DNA of 64,000 nucleotides, from the NCBI GenBank assembly GCA_024679065.1, contig JAGIQG010000040.1, positions 12,152,001 through 12,216,000 of the forward strand, given 5' to 3'. The position numbers were made by a program, and so were the translations under genes. The notes below the pieces were generated by a model. The model saw only the letters and a program-made list of their open reading frames with translations, was not told the DNA's origin and searched no databases. Source of the DNA: Sphyrna mokarran (Eukaryota). Positions 52,291 through 64,000 of this stretch are shown here, in pieces (the stretch's first letter is position 1; each line of letters opens with the position of its first letter).

Positions 52291-52560
52291 AACAGCAAGG
52301 AAGCCAGGTTCGATTCCCGGTTTGGGTCACTAGCTATATAGAATTTGTGCATTCTCCCTGTGTCTGCGTGGGTTTGCTCCGGGAGCTCTGGTTTCCTTCC
52401 ACAGTTTGAAAGACGTGCTGGTTAGGATGCATTGGTCATGCTAAATTCTTGAATGGACCTGAACAGGCACGGAGTGTGGCAACTGGGGGATTTTCACTGT
52501 GATTTCATTGCAGTGTTAATGTAAGCCGACATATTAGTGACACTAATAAATAAACTTAAA
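52290..52560 (+). mobile_element. HE1-like SINE
   Basis: Same family as 49300-49645. Confidence 0.75.
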
Positions 52561-52739
52561 CTGCAGGTCTAGGTGCTGCTGTGACAATGCACCCTTTTGT
52601 TTAAACACTCTGCAATGCTGAGACTGGGGAGAGGAGTGAACAACAGGGAGCAGCATTGCAGCTTCTCTCCCCCCATTGAAACTGGGATTGTTGCTCCATC
52701 TGCTGCACCATCCCCACCACATCCACTGGGGGCTAATCT

Positions 52740-53380
52740 GGACAATAGGCTGCAGGCAGGACTTCACTGCGCCTGCGCTGCAATCAATCCCGCCGCCGCG
52801 GCCATCTTGCATTGCCAGGGGATACGGTCAGCGGCCATTTTGCGTTGCCAGGGAGACGGCGTCCCACGCGCTGCACTCTGGGGGAATTCCACTGCCGCAC
52901 ATGCGCCCAGGCAATTACATTTTAATCTTTTAATATTTTGAATCTTGATGATTATTATTCACATCCTCACCCGACAGACTTTCGGTTCCTTCTCCATTCG
53001 GGAATATCGTTTCTTTTTTTTAATTACGTCTCTTTTTAAAACAATCACAAAGCGCGGTGTACGCTGGGAAAATACTACAGCACATGCGCAGTTCCACTAC
53101 TTGCCTCTTTATAAAAATATGTATTTTGTTTAATTTTAATTCCGCTCCCGGTGGGATTTCCGGGTGGGAATTTCTCTCACTTTCTACATTTCTGAACCGT
53201 CCCTTTTTCCTCGACCGGGGGGGGAGGGGTTGATGGTGACGTCACGACAATATGGCTACTGTTCCCGCCTCTCTATAGGCCCCGTATGTTCCGCCAACGA
53301 GCAGCAAAAGGGCCGAAGCGGGCAAGAGGTGACACTGGGCGGAGCAGTGCCCGGGCGTGTCACAACGACGACTGATGGTC
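52740..53380. promoter_or_regulatory. CpG-rich housekeeping-type promoter cluster
   Basis: NRF1-like TGCGCCTGCGC and GCACATGCGC (twice), two YY1-like GCGGCCAT(C/T)TTG, RFX-like GTTGCCAGGG, CRE GTGACGTCA near 53237. Confidence 0.55.
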
Positions 53381-53844
53381 AGGAAGGGAAATAGCAGCAG
53401 CACCGTGTCTGCCCAAAGGCTTCCCCAGTTCAGCTGCTCAGAGACACTGGGAACCTCTTCAACTGGAAACTTCAGCTTCTTACATTCACCTCTATCCACT
53501 TGACTACCCCTCCATCCATCTCACCCTCCCTCCTTCTTTCCATCCATCTCTCTCTCTCCCATCCACACATCCTTCTCTGCAATAAAACCATTCATTCGGA
53601 ACAGCTGCTTCAATCTCATTACCTCAGTCTGTCTTCCAGTCTGTGTCAAATCGCTCTGTTCCCAGATACTTTATACATTAGATACTACTATTCAAATATT
53701 ATAATCTTTCTAATTCTGTATTTGTTCAAAGATCACAGACAACAGAGAAATCATCAATTGTACCCCCATTCTGAGCTATGAAAATTTATACATTTTCTCA
53801 TTTCACAAACTTTTGATTAACTTCTGTTATGATTTTAGTGATGA

Positions 53845-54730
53845 CGTGGCGATGCCGGCATTGGACTGGGCTAAACATAGTCAGAAGTCTCACAACACCG
53901 GGTTAAAGTCCAACAGGTATATTTGGTAGCAAAAGCTTTTGGAGTACTGCCTTCGTCAGATAAGTGAGAGTTCCATTCATAAACAGGGCATATAAAATAC
54001 AAGCTCAATTTGCAAAATAATGGTTGGAATGCGAGTCTTTACGGGTAATCAAGTGTTAAAGGTACAGTCTCACATAGAGCACCAGCCACCCAGTACACGG
54101 TGCATATCCTTGCAACTTGGCCAACGTTGTCTACCTGAAATGCTGCAGGAAAGGATGTCCAGAGTTTGGTACATTGGGGAGACCATGCAGATACTACCAC
54201 AACGGTTGAATGAAAACCAGTCGACAATCATCAGGCAAGAGTATTCTCTTCCTATTGGAGAACACTTTAGCGGTCACGGGCATTCGGCCTCTGATCTTCA
54301 GTACACTTTGTCCAAAGCAGCCTTCACCACACACGACAGCACAGAATCACTGAGCACAGACTGATAGCCAAATTCTAAACACATGAGAACGCCTGAACCG
54401 GGATCTTGGGTTCACGTCACGCTAACTGAAACCCCCATGACCTTCCTTGTTCTTGCCAAATCTCACTTACTGTCTCGGCTAGAGACAACGCACATCTCTT
54501 TAAACTTGCTGAACCCTCTCCCAACTCACATTATCTGTATGTTTAAGACCTGATAACCTATAAAAATTTGCATTCCAGCCATTATTTTGTAAATTGAGTT
54601 TCTGTCATTATATGCCCTGCTTGTGAACAGAACTCCCACTCACCCGAGGAAGGAGAACCTCTCTTAAAACTTGTGGCTTTTGCTACCAAATAAACCTGTT
54701 GGAATTTAGCCTGGTGTTGTGAGAGTTCTT
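53845..54730 (+). mobile_element. Penelope-like element with GIY-YIG endonuclease remnant
   Basis: WYIGET...QRLNE...LPIGEHFSGHGHSASDL; inverted terminal segments. Confidence 0.85.
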
Positions 54731-54799
54731 ATATTATTTTAGTTTGCAGCAGGTGGATTGGAGAATAACATCAACTGGTCATTGTCTCAGTTTATCTCT

Positions 54800-55040
54800 T
54801 TGTTTGTGAGAGTGTGTGTGATAGTTGTATGTCTGCGTGTGTCACTGCTTGTGTTTGTGTAAGTCTATGTTTTTATGTGCATGTCTGTGTGTGTTCGTGA
54901 ATGTGATTGTGTGTGCCAGTTTGTCTGCAGCTATTTGTTTGAGATTGTGTATATCTGTATATGTTTGTGTGTGTGTGCCTGTGAGTTTTCCTGTGTCGGT
55001 TTGAGAGTGCATATCTGTGAATGTGTTCGTGTGTGTATGT
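54800..55040. repeat. Degenerate (GT)n tract
   Basis: Read directly. Confidence 0.8.
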
Positions 55041-55169
55041 CTTCGAGTTCACTGTCACTGTTCCTGAGATTGGTATAGATTATGTGAATAGGTTCATCTG
55101 CATTAAATTATATTAAAATAAATACAATAGGAATAAGAAAAAAAAACACAATCCTCCAATACGATCCTT

Positions 55170-55850
55170 CATTTGTCTGAAGATATCCCCGTGATTCATA
55201 TATCTAAAGCCCTTCCTCAAACACCCGGTCTTTAGCCACAGATTCAATTATACTATCTCCCTTTTGCAAGCCTTACTAGCAAGTAGCATGGAGAATAATC
55301 CTGAGATTACTATCCCAGAGGTCCTGCTCTGTCTAACTCCCTGAGTTGTCTTCACAGGCCCTCTTCCCCTTTCATTCTTTCCCCTTTCCCCTCTGTCATT
55401 AATGCCAATGTGGACAATGACATCTATCTGTTCACATTCCCGTTTCAGGATGCCCTGTACCTGCTCAGAGACACCCAGGATTCTGAAACCATTGAGACCA
55501 CACAACATCCTAGAATGTTGTTCGCTGCCACGAAAACGCATGTCTATGCTCCTGACTATCGAGTTCTTCTACGACTTTCATTCACTTGGACCTAGCTCGA
55601 TCCTTCTCTACAGTAGAACTAGTCATGGTGCCAGAAGTCTGGCTGCTGCTGGTATTTTCCCCTGAGAGGCTATTTCCCCTCCCCCAACATTATCCAAAAC
55701 AGTATATCTGCATGAGAGGTAATTGTCACAAAACTGCTGCAATACATGCCTGTCTATCCTGGCAGTCACTCTTCTATCTATCTGGATGTGGACTTGTGGT
55801 GTGACACCTTCTTGAAGCTAGTTCTATCACACTCACTTCTCCCTGTATGT
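55170..55850 (-). mobile_element. CR1 ORF1 (esterase-like) remnant
   Basis: VIVHIGIND...IVISGL motifs. Confidence 0.7.
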
Positions 55851-55859
55851 TCGGCAGCC

Positions 55860-56990
55860 ATAGAGTCATAGAGGTTTACAGCATAGAAACAGGGCCTTCG
55901 GCCCAATTTATCCATGTCACCCTTTTATTAAACACTAAGCTAGGCCCACTTGTCATGTTTGGTCCATATCCCTCCATACTCATTTTACCCATGTAACTGT
56001 CCAAAATATTTTTAAAAATACAAAGTTGTACCCGCCTCTACTACTACCCTTGGTAGCTTGTTCCAGACACTCACCACCCTCTGTATGAATAAATTGTCCT
56101 TCTGGAACATCTTGTAACTCTCCCCTCTCAGCTCAAATTTACACACTTTAGTTTTAGACTCCCCTACGTTTTGGAAAAAAATTTGCCCATCAAACTGATC
56201 TGTGCCCCCCATTATTGTATCGACCCCTTTAGGCGACATTCACCCCTATAAGATCACCGCTCAATCTTATACAGTCCAGGGGAAAAAAAAGCCAACCTTT
56301 CCTTATAACTCAAACCATTAAGTCCCGGTAGCATCCTAATAAATCTTTTCTGCATTCTTTCTAGTTTAATAATATCCTTTCTATAATAGGATGATCAGAA
56401 TTGCACATAGTACTCCAGGTGTGGCCTTACCAATGTCTTGTGCAACTTCAACACGAAGTCCCAACTCTTGTATTCAGGTTCTAATGATTAAACGAAACAT
56501 ACTGAATGCCTTCTTTACCACTCTGTCCACCTGTGACTCCACGTTCAATGAGCTACGAACCTGTTACCGCTAGATCTTTTTGTTCTATAACTCTGCACAA
56601 CACCCTGCCATTAAATGAGTAAGTTCTGTCCTGGTTTGATTGACCAAAATGGATCACCTCGCATTTATCTAAATAAAACTCCATCTTCCGTTCATCACTC
56701 CACTAGCCCAATTGATAAAGATCCCGTTGCAATCCGTGGTAACCTTCTTCACTGTCCACTATGTCACCAATCTTGGTGTCATCTACAATCTTACTAACCA
56801 TGCCTCTAAATTTCTCATCCAAATTATTAATAAAAATGACAAATAACAGTGTACCCAGCACCGATCCATGAGGCACACTGCTCTTCACTGTCCTCCAGTT
56901 TGAAAAACAACTCTCTAGAACCACCCTCTGGCTTCTGTCATCAAGCCAATTTTGTATCCATTTGGCTCCCTCACCCTGGATCCAGTGAGA
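55860..56990 (-). mobile_element. CR1 LINE ORF2 fragment with tail
   Basis: WIQNWL...QRVV...SVPHGSVLG...SKIVDDTKIG. Confidence 0.85.
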
Positions 56991-57482
56991 TTGTTTCCAG
57001 CCGCTGCTCCAACCGGACCCTGCGGTCTGTGAGGAAGTGCACCTGATCACACTTCCCGCAAACAGTTACCAGGGATACTAGAAAGTTCCCTAATCTCCCA
57101 CATCTAGCAAGAGGAGCATATCACAGCCCTGACTGCCATCTCTACACTTGGACACGGAAATAAAAGAAGAAGCTTCCTTACTTTTGACAAAGAGGGACGA
57201 TCACAAACCCTGAGAAGCAACATCCAGAGGAGTGACGGGATCAGGTTTTGGGGTCGGGAGCTCCGAGTCAGTGATAACTGTGGAGCCTCGACTGAATCTT
57301 CCCAGCTTTCTGTCACCTTTCCATTCTCGAGTTTTATTTTAAACAATGGGCGTGGCCTAAATTAACAATGTCCAGGCCTGAGGTATTTCAGTTCAGTTCT
57401 GAGATCCAGTGTCCCAGAGCAGCCAGACTCTGCAGTCTCCAGCTCCCCGTCACATAAACCATCAGCTCCGGGCAGCAGGGAG

Positions 57483-57949
57483 ATGGGAATCCTTCTTGTT
57501 TTCACCCTGTGTGCCTGTTTACCCCGTGAGTACCGACCAAACTAACCCACATTGTGTGGATTGGATATAAAGCTGTCCCAGGCCATCCCAATTACAGACA
57601 CTGTTTGGGGTTTTAGCCCCGTTGTGTGGTTCGGATCTGGTGGTCCATCAAACTCTCTGTGTTTAATTTCCAGGATCTTTCAGTCAGTCAGTGACACAAA
57701 ACCCGACAGAGGTGACCAAGAAGGAGTGTCAGTCTCTCACCATCACCTGTGATTTCTATGGTTATGGTTATCGCTTAGTAAATGGCGAATTCTTCAAACA
57801 AACCCAGCCCGGGAAGGAGAGGGAGCTGATCTCCAACGGAGGGAGATTTACTGTGTCTGTGAACAAAGCAGGAAATACATTTTCGCTGGAAATTCGGGAT
57901 TTGAGAGTTGAAGACGCCGCCACCTATTACTGTAAAGCCAAGTACAAGA
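57483..57949 (+). CDS. NAR-TCR-type V gene segment (leader 57483-57525, V exon 57674-57949)
   Basis: Leader MGILLVFTLCACLP-C|gtgagt; V SVTQNPTEVTKKECQSLTITC...GEFFKQ...ISNGGRF...FSLEIRDLRVEDAATYYCKA; canonical Cys 61 codons apart as in VNAR (no CDR2); extra FR1 Cys at 57727. Confidence 0.9.
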
Positions 57950-57987
57950 CACAGTGATGGGCCTCAGCTTCCGGCGATACAAAAACT
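57950..57987 (+). other. V recombination signal sequence (22-bp spacer)
   Basis: CACAGTG + 22 nt + ACAAAAACT. Confidence 0.92.
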
Positions 57988-58333
57988 TTCTTTGCGGATT
58001 CTCACAGAACCAAAGGGAAAACCGGAGCTAATCTACCCTGAATCACCACCGCGCCCCCCAATCCCACTACCCGCCAATCCCTCACACTCCTGAGGCCACA
58101 GTTTATTTTTAATAAGACCTGATTATCACCGTTGCTATGTTGAGGTTTATAAATACGGAGTGTGAGTGGATGGGGCTGTCATTCCCGGGAGTGCTGTCGG
58201 TGAATTGAGAATGGAAATGACTGATCCCAGTTACAAACCCTGACACCAGATGGGATCCTCGGCTCACAGCCGGAACTGGGAGCCACTTTCTGCGCTGTTT
58301 AATTCATGTTCCAACATCCCACCCAGTCCCCGA

Positions 58334-58405
58334 GGTTTTGATGCTGAATTGTAACACTGTGTAATATTTGGGATGGTCACTGTGGAAAGAAGCTGAACAA
58401 ATACC
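58334..58405 (+). other. D segment (58362-58377) flanked by 12/12 RSS
   Basis: GGTTTTGAT-12-CACTGTG [TAATATTTGGGATGGT] CACTGTG-12-ACAAATACC. Confidence 0.88.
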
Positions 58406-58718
58406 TGTGCACAATTACACTATCAATACTCAGTACCCAGAGAGTGAATCATTGGTTTGATGATATTATCGCTGTGATCGGGATTATTTCTACTGTAATC
58501 TCCACCATTCACATCTTTCCTTGATTTTTTTTTGCTATATATAAAGTGAATATTTCCTTCCTGCGGCCATTTACTGAGAGATCGGGCCTCACAAAATTAC
58601 AGTTTGAACCGACAGAGACGTTAAAACCTTGAGTATTATTTATTGATTTTAAATCCCCCGAATAATTGGACACTTCTCAATGACTGGTGATGGTTTTCCG
58701 GCAGATTGGGATATCGGT

Positions 58719-58807
58719 GGTTTTTGTACCGGGGAGATTGAAGGCGGAGTCACTGTGTAAATATTATGATGTGGATGGATCCGGGACGGTGGTGAGGGTC
58801 ACAGCCG
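58719..58807 (+). CDS. NAR-type J segment (coding 58758-58807) with 23-RSS (58719-58757)
   Basis: GGTTTTTGT-23-CACTGTG, then KYYDVDGSGTVVRVTA-G|gtaagt. Confidence 0.9.
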
Positions 58808-60199
58808 GTAAGTGACTCCAAATCCCACCTTGTTACAGTCTGTCTCGTTTAATGTCCCCCTTCACTTTATCATTGTGATCAGTCTGGTTTCAATCCCATC
58901 CAATCTTCCTGTGGAAAATCATCCGTTACAGATTCCGAGTTGGGAGCAGGGTGTGATTCTGGAACCGGCTCCATTTCAGTCCCGGGGAAAGTCTCTTTGA
59001 GAGCTGATGGAGTCGGCGGTCAGTGGGACAGGGATAGTGGGACGAGGCTTCAGGGGAGAGGGTGGTGAGGCACGGGGTGGGGGTGCCAGTGTTAGGTGTG
59101 ATGTGGGAGTTGAGAATCTGGATGATTATCGGTTTAAGGAGCACATCAGCATCAAGAACTCTGACACTTCTGACAGCTTTTAACACACTCAACACTTCGG
59201 AATCCATTCTGGATGTTAACTGTGACAGAGGGAGATCTGGCTGTCGCTTCCAGACCGACAACGGGATCACAAAGCTCTCTCTCCTGGGCAGTAGATTGCA
59301 GTCCTAGCCCTGGAATGTCAATGAAATACCGGCTGACTGAGATCAGTGTCACTGCGGCCGGTTTATTTAACCGCAGCGACTCATTCAATACCTGAACCAG
59401 GAGACAAAAAAAGGAAAATGACACAGCGGACCTCAGGAATAATGAACTTATTGCTGTCGGAAGGAATGTTTTAATAGAGAAATCAGTGACTGAACTTACT
59501 GACGTTCGACCCGATATTTCTTTAAATAGCCTTCGTTTAACAAATCACTTTAGTTTTCTTAGTTCAAATTACTACCGTTAATGGTTAGTCCTGGAGCATA
59601 GATCTTCAGTAATTTTGCCAGGATATTTTAGGGCCAATAGCTTTTTGCAGAATCCAATACTATGTTCTAGTACCTTCAGCCGGTGCTCAGTTTTGTAGAG
59701 TTAATTAAACTGACATCACTGATGTTGGGGATCTCTGGAGGAATTCCAGATGGATCATCCAAAGGATATCTGTGCAGGAAGAATGTTGGCACTGCTTACA
59801 CTTTATCTTCAGCAGACTGACAACTCACTTATAGAGATACTGCTGGGATTGCCTCCTGAAGTCTTTCATTGAACAAGTATTACTCTCTTGTTCGCTAATG
59901 TCAATGCAGGGGACATGCTGGCTCATGAGGTTACAGATTGTGTTTGAGTACAATTCTGCTGTCCATGGCCCATTGTGCCTTAGATGCCAAGCAATCAGTT
60001 GCTAAATCTGCCGGAAATCTATTCTGTTCGGTCTGATGACGGTGCCACACTACAAGATGGAGTGTAGCTCAATGTGAAGTTAGGGCTGAGAGAGGGGGAT
60101 GATGTGGAAATCGTTGAGGGAGAACAGGAGAATAGCAAAGAATTGTGATGAGATTTTTTTGAACAAGCAATACGCAATTAATCGACAGGGAGAGATAGT

Positions 60200-60800
60200 T
60201 CGGATTATCTCTGGAGAATGCTAAAAATATAATTATCACGAATTGATAATGAGACTTGTGGAAGTTCGGAGTGAAATGGACTCCTGTCGGGAATACTGTG
60301 TAAAATTTGGTCTCCTTTGTTATAGAAAAGTCAACATACTTTGGAGGGAATTTACATTTTCTTTTGTGAAGAGATTGAAGACCCAGATTTTAATTTGAGG
60401 TTGGAGGAATTAGGAGTGATCTCATTAGAATTTACAATATTCTCAAAGGACTAGACAAAGCATATTTTAGGTGGTTGTTTTTTTTTTCCTAGGCGGGGGA
60501 GTCTATAACTTGAGGTCAGATTTTCAGAATAACAGTTCAGCCATTTGGATTAAGAAGAGGAGAAATTTCTTCAGTCAAAGCCATTGTGGTGAATCTGAAA
60601 ATTCTGTACAGCAAAGAGCAGTGGTTAGTCAGTGTTAAACACATTCAAGGCAGCGTTTGTTATATATCTGTTCACTAAAATAGTCCGGGGGAATGGGTCA
60701 ACGCAGGAATTTCTTGTTGAGGCAGAAGATAAACTGCAACGTTACTGACTGATGGCGTAGCTTTGAAATGTGAAACGGCCGCTCTTCCTTCTATTAGTTG
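60200..60800 (+). mobile_element. Highly degenerate CR1 fragment
   Basis: GGAATACTGTGTAAAATTTGGTCTCC and AGGAGAAATTTCTTCAGTCA segments. Confidence 0.55.
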
Positions 60801-62399
60801 GAAATTTTGCTTCGATTTCTGCATTTCTCAAGAAATCAATCCGCAACAATTTCTGGGGTCTCTTTACACCTGGAGATTAGAGAACAGTGAAGAGGATTCA
60901 TGGAAATGGTTCATGTAACGAACAGGTTAATGAGATGTATGTGACCAAATTATTTATTTTTGGGTGTGTCTGGAGCAAGGGGCTATTAATATCTGATAGT
61001 GTTACAATCCCAGTTGATGTTACTATTGGATAGGAAGCTCCCAGATGAAAATTTGACTGGAAATAATGTAGTGTATTCTTCTGTTTTAGAACAATGGGGG
61101 GAATTAAATAACTGGATGACCAATTAGATTTTAATAATAGAAGATAAAAACATTTATCAATCATGAAAAAATTTTCTATGACACAATTTACTATGACAGC
61201 CCAACTCTTCATGACTGTACACAGACTTTAAGGATAACACAGATTGCAAAATAAATCTTTGCTATAATGTACCCTGTAAATGCAAACTCAGTAAAGCAAA
61301 AGGTCATTGTCTTCAGCTACACCCCATTCCAATACCCAGTGGTAGATACCATACAATCAAATTTCTGTGAATTGCTCCTCAAAACCCCACAGATCATTAA
61401 AAGCTATGAGCCAACTGGCCTCTCCAGACTCTCACATAGACACGAGTGTTTCCCATTCCCCACGTTCGAAAAGTCATATCTTTGGTAAATTCTACCAAAT
61501 AATTCTTTGCCTACTCTACTTTCAGCAAGGATCCACTTCCAGAATTTCGCATTTTGATTTCACTATTCCTCTATCTTGAATTCCCATGTGCATTCAAGTT
61601 TCCATACAAGCTCAGAGGTGTGTCGCCATGCCAATACCGCTTCATTGGCCTCACCAATATTATAATTATATCTGAAAGCTGGCTGGCCAACTTTACCAGG
61701 TCTGTGCAGTTCAGCTCTGCATTTAGCTGGGGGCCTTTGTCTCTGTCCCGTCTTCAACTTTGAGAATCAGTGCATAGTTCAGTTTCGAGTTCCTTTGCCC
61801 CCCCTCCCCCCTCTCAGTTCAGTTGTCCTGGAACGTTTTCCTTTCAGTTCCTTGGTTTCTAAAACTATGTGTTATTTATTATCTGGGATTTTTTTATTCT
61901 CCTTACTCCACTTATTGTTTCTGCTTTGACAGAGCAGGTGTTTTTTGTCTCATTGCGTATCTCCTAAAGCCTTGGGTCCAGTTAAACGCCTTCCTAATAC
62001 AAAGGTGGCTCCTGGTTCCCAAGGAACAGCCTATTCCTACTTTACAGCATTTTATTTTTCATGCCATTAACTCCCTCGGCATAATACAGACACCTTTTAA
62101 AATAACGAAAAACCCCATACATGCAAACACATTTGTTTGATATCATGCTAACTAGAGTTTTACCCTATTTTGTGCAGAAATGCTAAACTAAACTCAATTA
62201 AATATATATCTTATTTTTAATATTCAATAATACAATCACAGATTGCAGAAACCACCTCCACCTACTGACAATAGTGATTCAGAGAAAATCTAAATATCAA
62301 GAAGCAAAATTTAAAATATCGGCCAGGATGTGGAACTCACTGTCATTTTGAATGTTTGGAGCAGCATGTACTGATGCATCTATGGGAAAACTTGAAAAT

Positions 62400-62870
62400 C
62401 AGTAAAGTCTGGCAACACCAATTTTAAATCCAATCGATTTATTTGATAGTAAATCTGCGAGCTTTCAGCCTTTGTGGCCTTCGTCAGGTGAATGAGGTGT
62501 TCTGGTCTCCAAGAGCACACATATCAGCACAGACAGTTTACAGATTGCTGATTAGAATGCGAATCCTTACACCTAACCTGCTATGCAAGTCTTAAAGCGG
62601 CTAACAGGAGAGGTTAGAGGGATTACTTATAGCCATTTTAAGACTTGAATGGCAGGTTAGGTGTAAGGATTCACATTCTAATCAGCAATCTGTAAACTGT
62701 CTGTGCTGTTATGTGTGCTTTTGGAGACCAGAACACCTCATTCGCCTGACGAAGGCCACAAAGACCGAAAGCTCGCAGATTTACTATCAACTAAATCGGT
62801 TGAATTTAAAATTGGTGTTGCCAGACTTTAATGAGTTTACCCCAGTCCAACGCCGGCATCTCTACATCAA
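62400..62870. mobile_element. Palindromic (fold-back) Penelope-derived element
   Basis: Arms about 62403-62602 and 62630-62830 are reverse complements; ends CCCAGTCCAACGCCGGCATCTC like the other Penelope-like copies. Confidence 0.8.
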
Positions 62871-64000
62871 AACTTGAAAATATCAGAGGGAGAACAGACT
62901 GACACAGGGAGCTGGATGGGAAAGATCAATTAGAAAACGGCGGGTTGAGGTTGGTCTGGAATATTTACACAGACATAACTGTGTAGGTCGAATTGTCTCT
63001 TCTTCTGCTGCTGTTCTATAAAATTTATAACATAGAGAAGACTCTGCCCAGAGAACCCGGGAGAGCGTCAGTTAATGAGCAGAAAAAAAATGAAATAATC
63101 AGAGATCCAGTGAGTAACAGTAAAACCACTGCGGAAACTGAACAGAATGAGCACAACTGACAACAAGTACAAGACTTTGGGATATGTTTCCAAGACACAA
63201 GAAACAAGAAACCCAAACAACAACAAGTAAATGAAACGAATCTGATTAGAGATTTCAATGTAAAGTGAAGGAGGGCAATCATAATACTGACAGAAAATAA
63301 ACAAATAGATTTTAAAGGAAGGCTCCCAGAAAGTGTTAAATTCAATTAAATGTCTGTACATTTGGCCACCGTTGTTCGGCATGTTTCTGCACCGTTGAAG
63401 CTGATGAATCACAATCATTTTTGTTGGATCTTGCTGTGCATTGTGATGTGAGCAGTTGGGTTACGCTTTGACAAGCACTTCTAGAAATGGATTGCGTCAC
63501 TGATAATGAAATATTCCCTCAGTTTGTGTCTCAACATGGAAACTGGAAGCTGAAACCGAGTATATATGGTAAAATCATTTAGCATGGAAGGGCGACATTC
63601 GGCCCCTCGGGTAGATGCTGCCCCTTTATAAATGAAATCCAATTCTTCCACAAACTATGAATATTCCTGATAAACCTGTTGTTTTCCTGTTCATGTATGT
63701 GATCATTCCTCATTCATAATTCACTCTTAAACCAGCTCTTACTAAGCTGACAATGTGTTCATAGATTCACAGAATTTACAGCAAAAAGACAGTTTTTTTG
63801 TTCCAAACTGATCCATGTGCCGATCAAAATGCCCATCTAAGCTCAGTCATTTGTCTGCTTTTGGCCCATTCCCCTCTAAAACTTTTATTTTGGACAGATA
63901 TGTCTTTTAAATGTTGCCAATGTCCCTGCCTCAACCACTTCCTCCGGCAGCTCATTCCTCATATGCATCACCCTCTGTGTAAAAAAAAGTTTGTTTTTCC

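Noticed and set aside
58449-58500. Possible second D segment (CGCTGTG...TACTGTA)
   Set aside because: Heptamers are degenerate and no nonamer lies at the correct spacing
60960-61200. YW-RKLPDE-like stretch suggesting a decayed supporting V
   Set aside because: Needs a frameshift and lacks both canonical Cys contexts and an RSS

Overview
Vertebrate genomic DNA, almost certainly from a cartilaginous fish (shark): it carries HE1-type SINEs, CR1/HER1 LINEs, Penelope-like elements and a NAR-type V gene. The window looks like part of a T-cell receptor alpha/delta region. Left part (1-37 kb): a segmentally duplicated block with ten tRNA genes or pseudogenes, two intact two-exon orphan class A GPCR genes (GPR139-like family), an orphan first exon of a third GPCR, and a decayed TCR alpha/delta V pseudogene with its 23-RSS. 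Two of the tRNAs are Pro-bodied and carry an 18-nt intron at the canonical 37/38 position; one of these has an Arg (ACG) anticodon. Right part (39-64 kb): intact connecting-peptide and transmembrane exons of a TCR alpha-like constant gene on the minus strand, with no recognisable Ig-C exon or J segments upstream in the window. Downstream of it are a candidate E-alpha-like enhancer and a CTCF site; upstream are a CpG-rich housekeeping-type promoter and, on the opposite strand, an intact germline NAR-TCR-type L-V-D-J cassette with 22 / 12-12 / 23 RSSs. There are two assembly gaps. Coordinates were read by eye and repeat boundaries are approximate.
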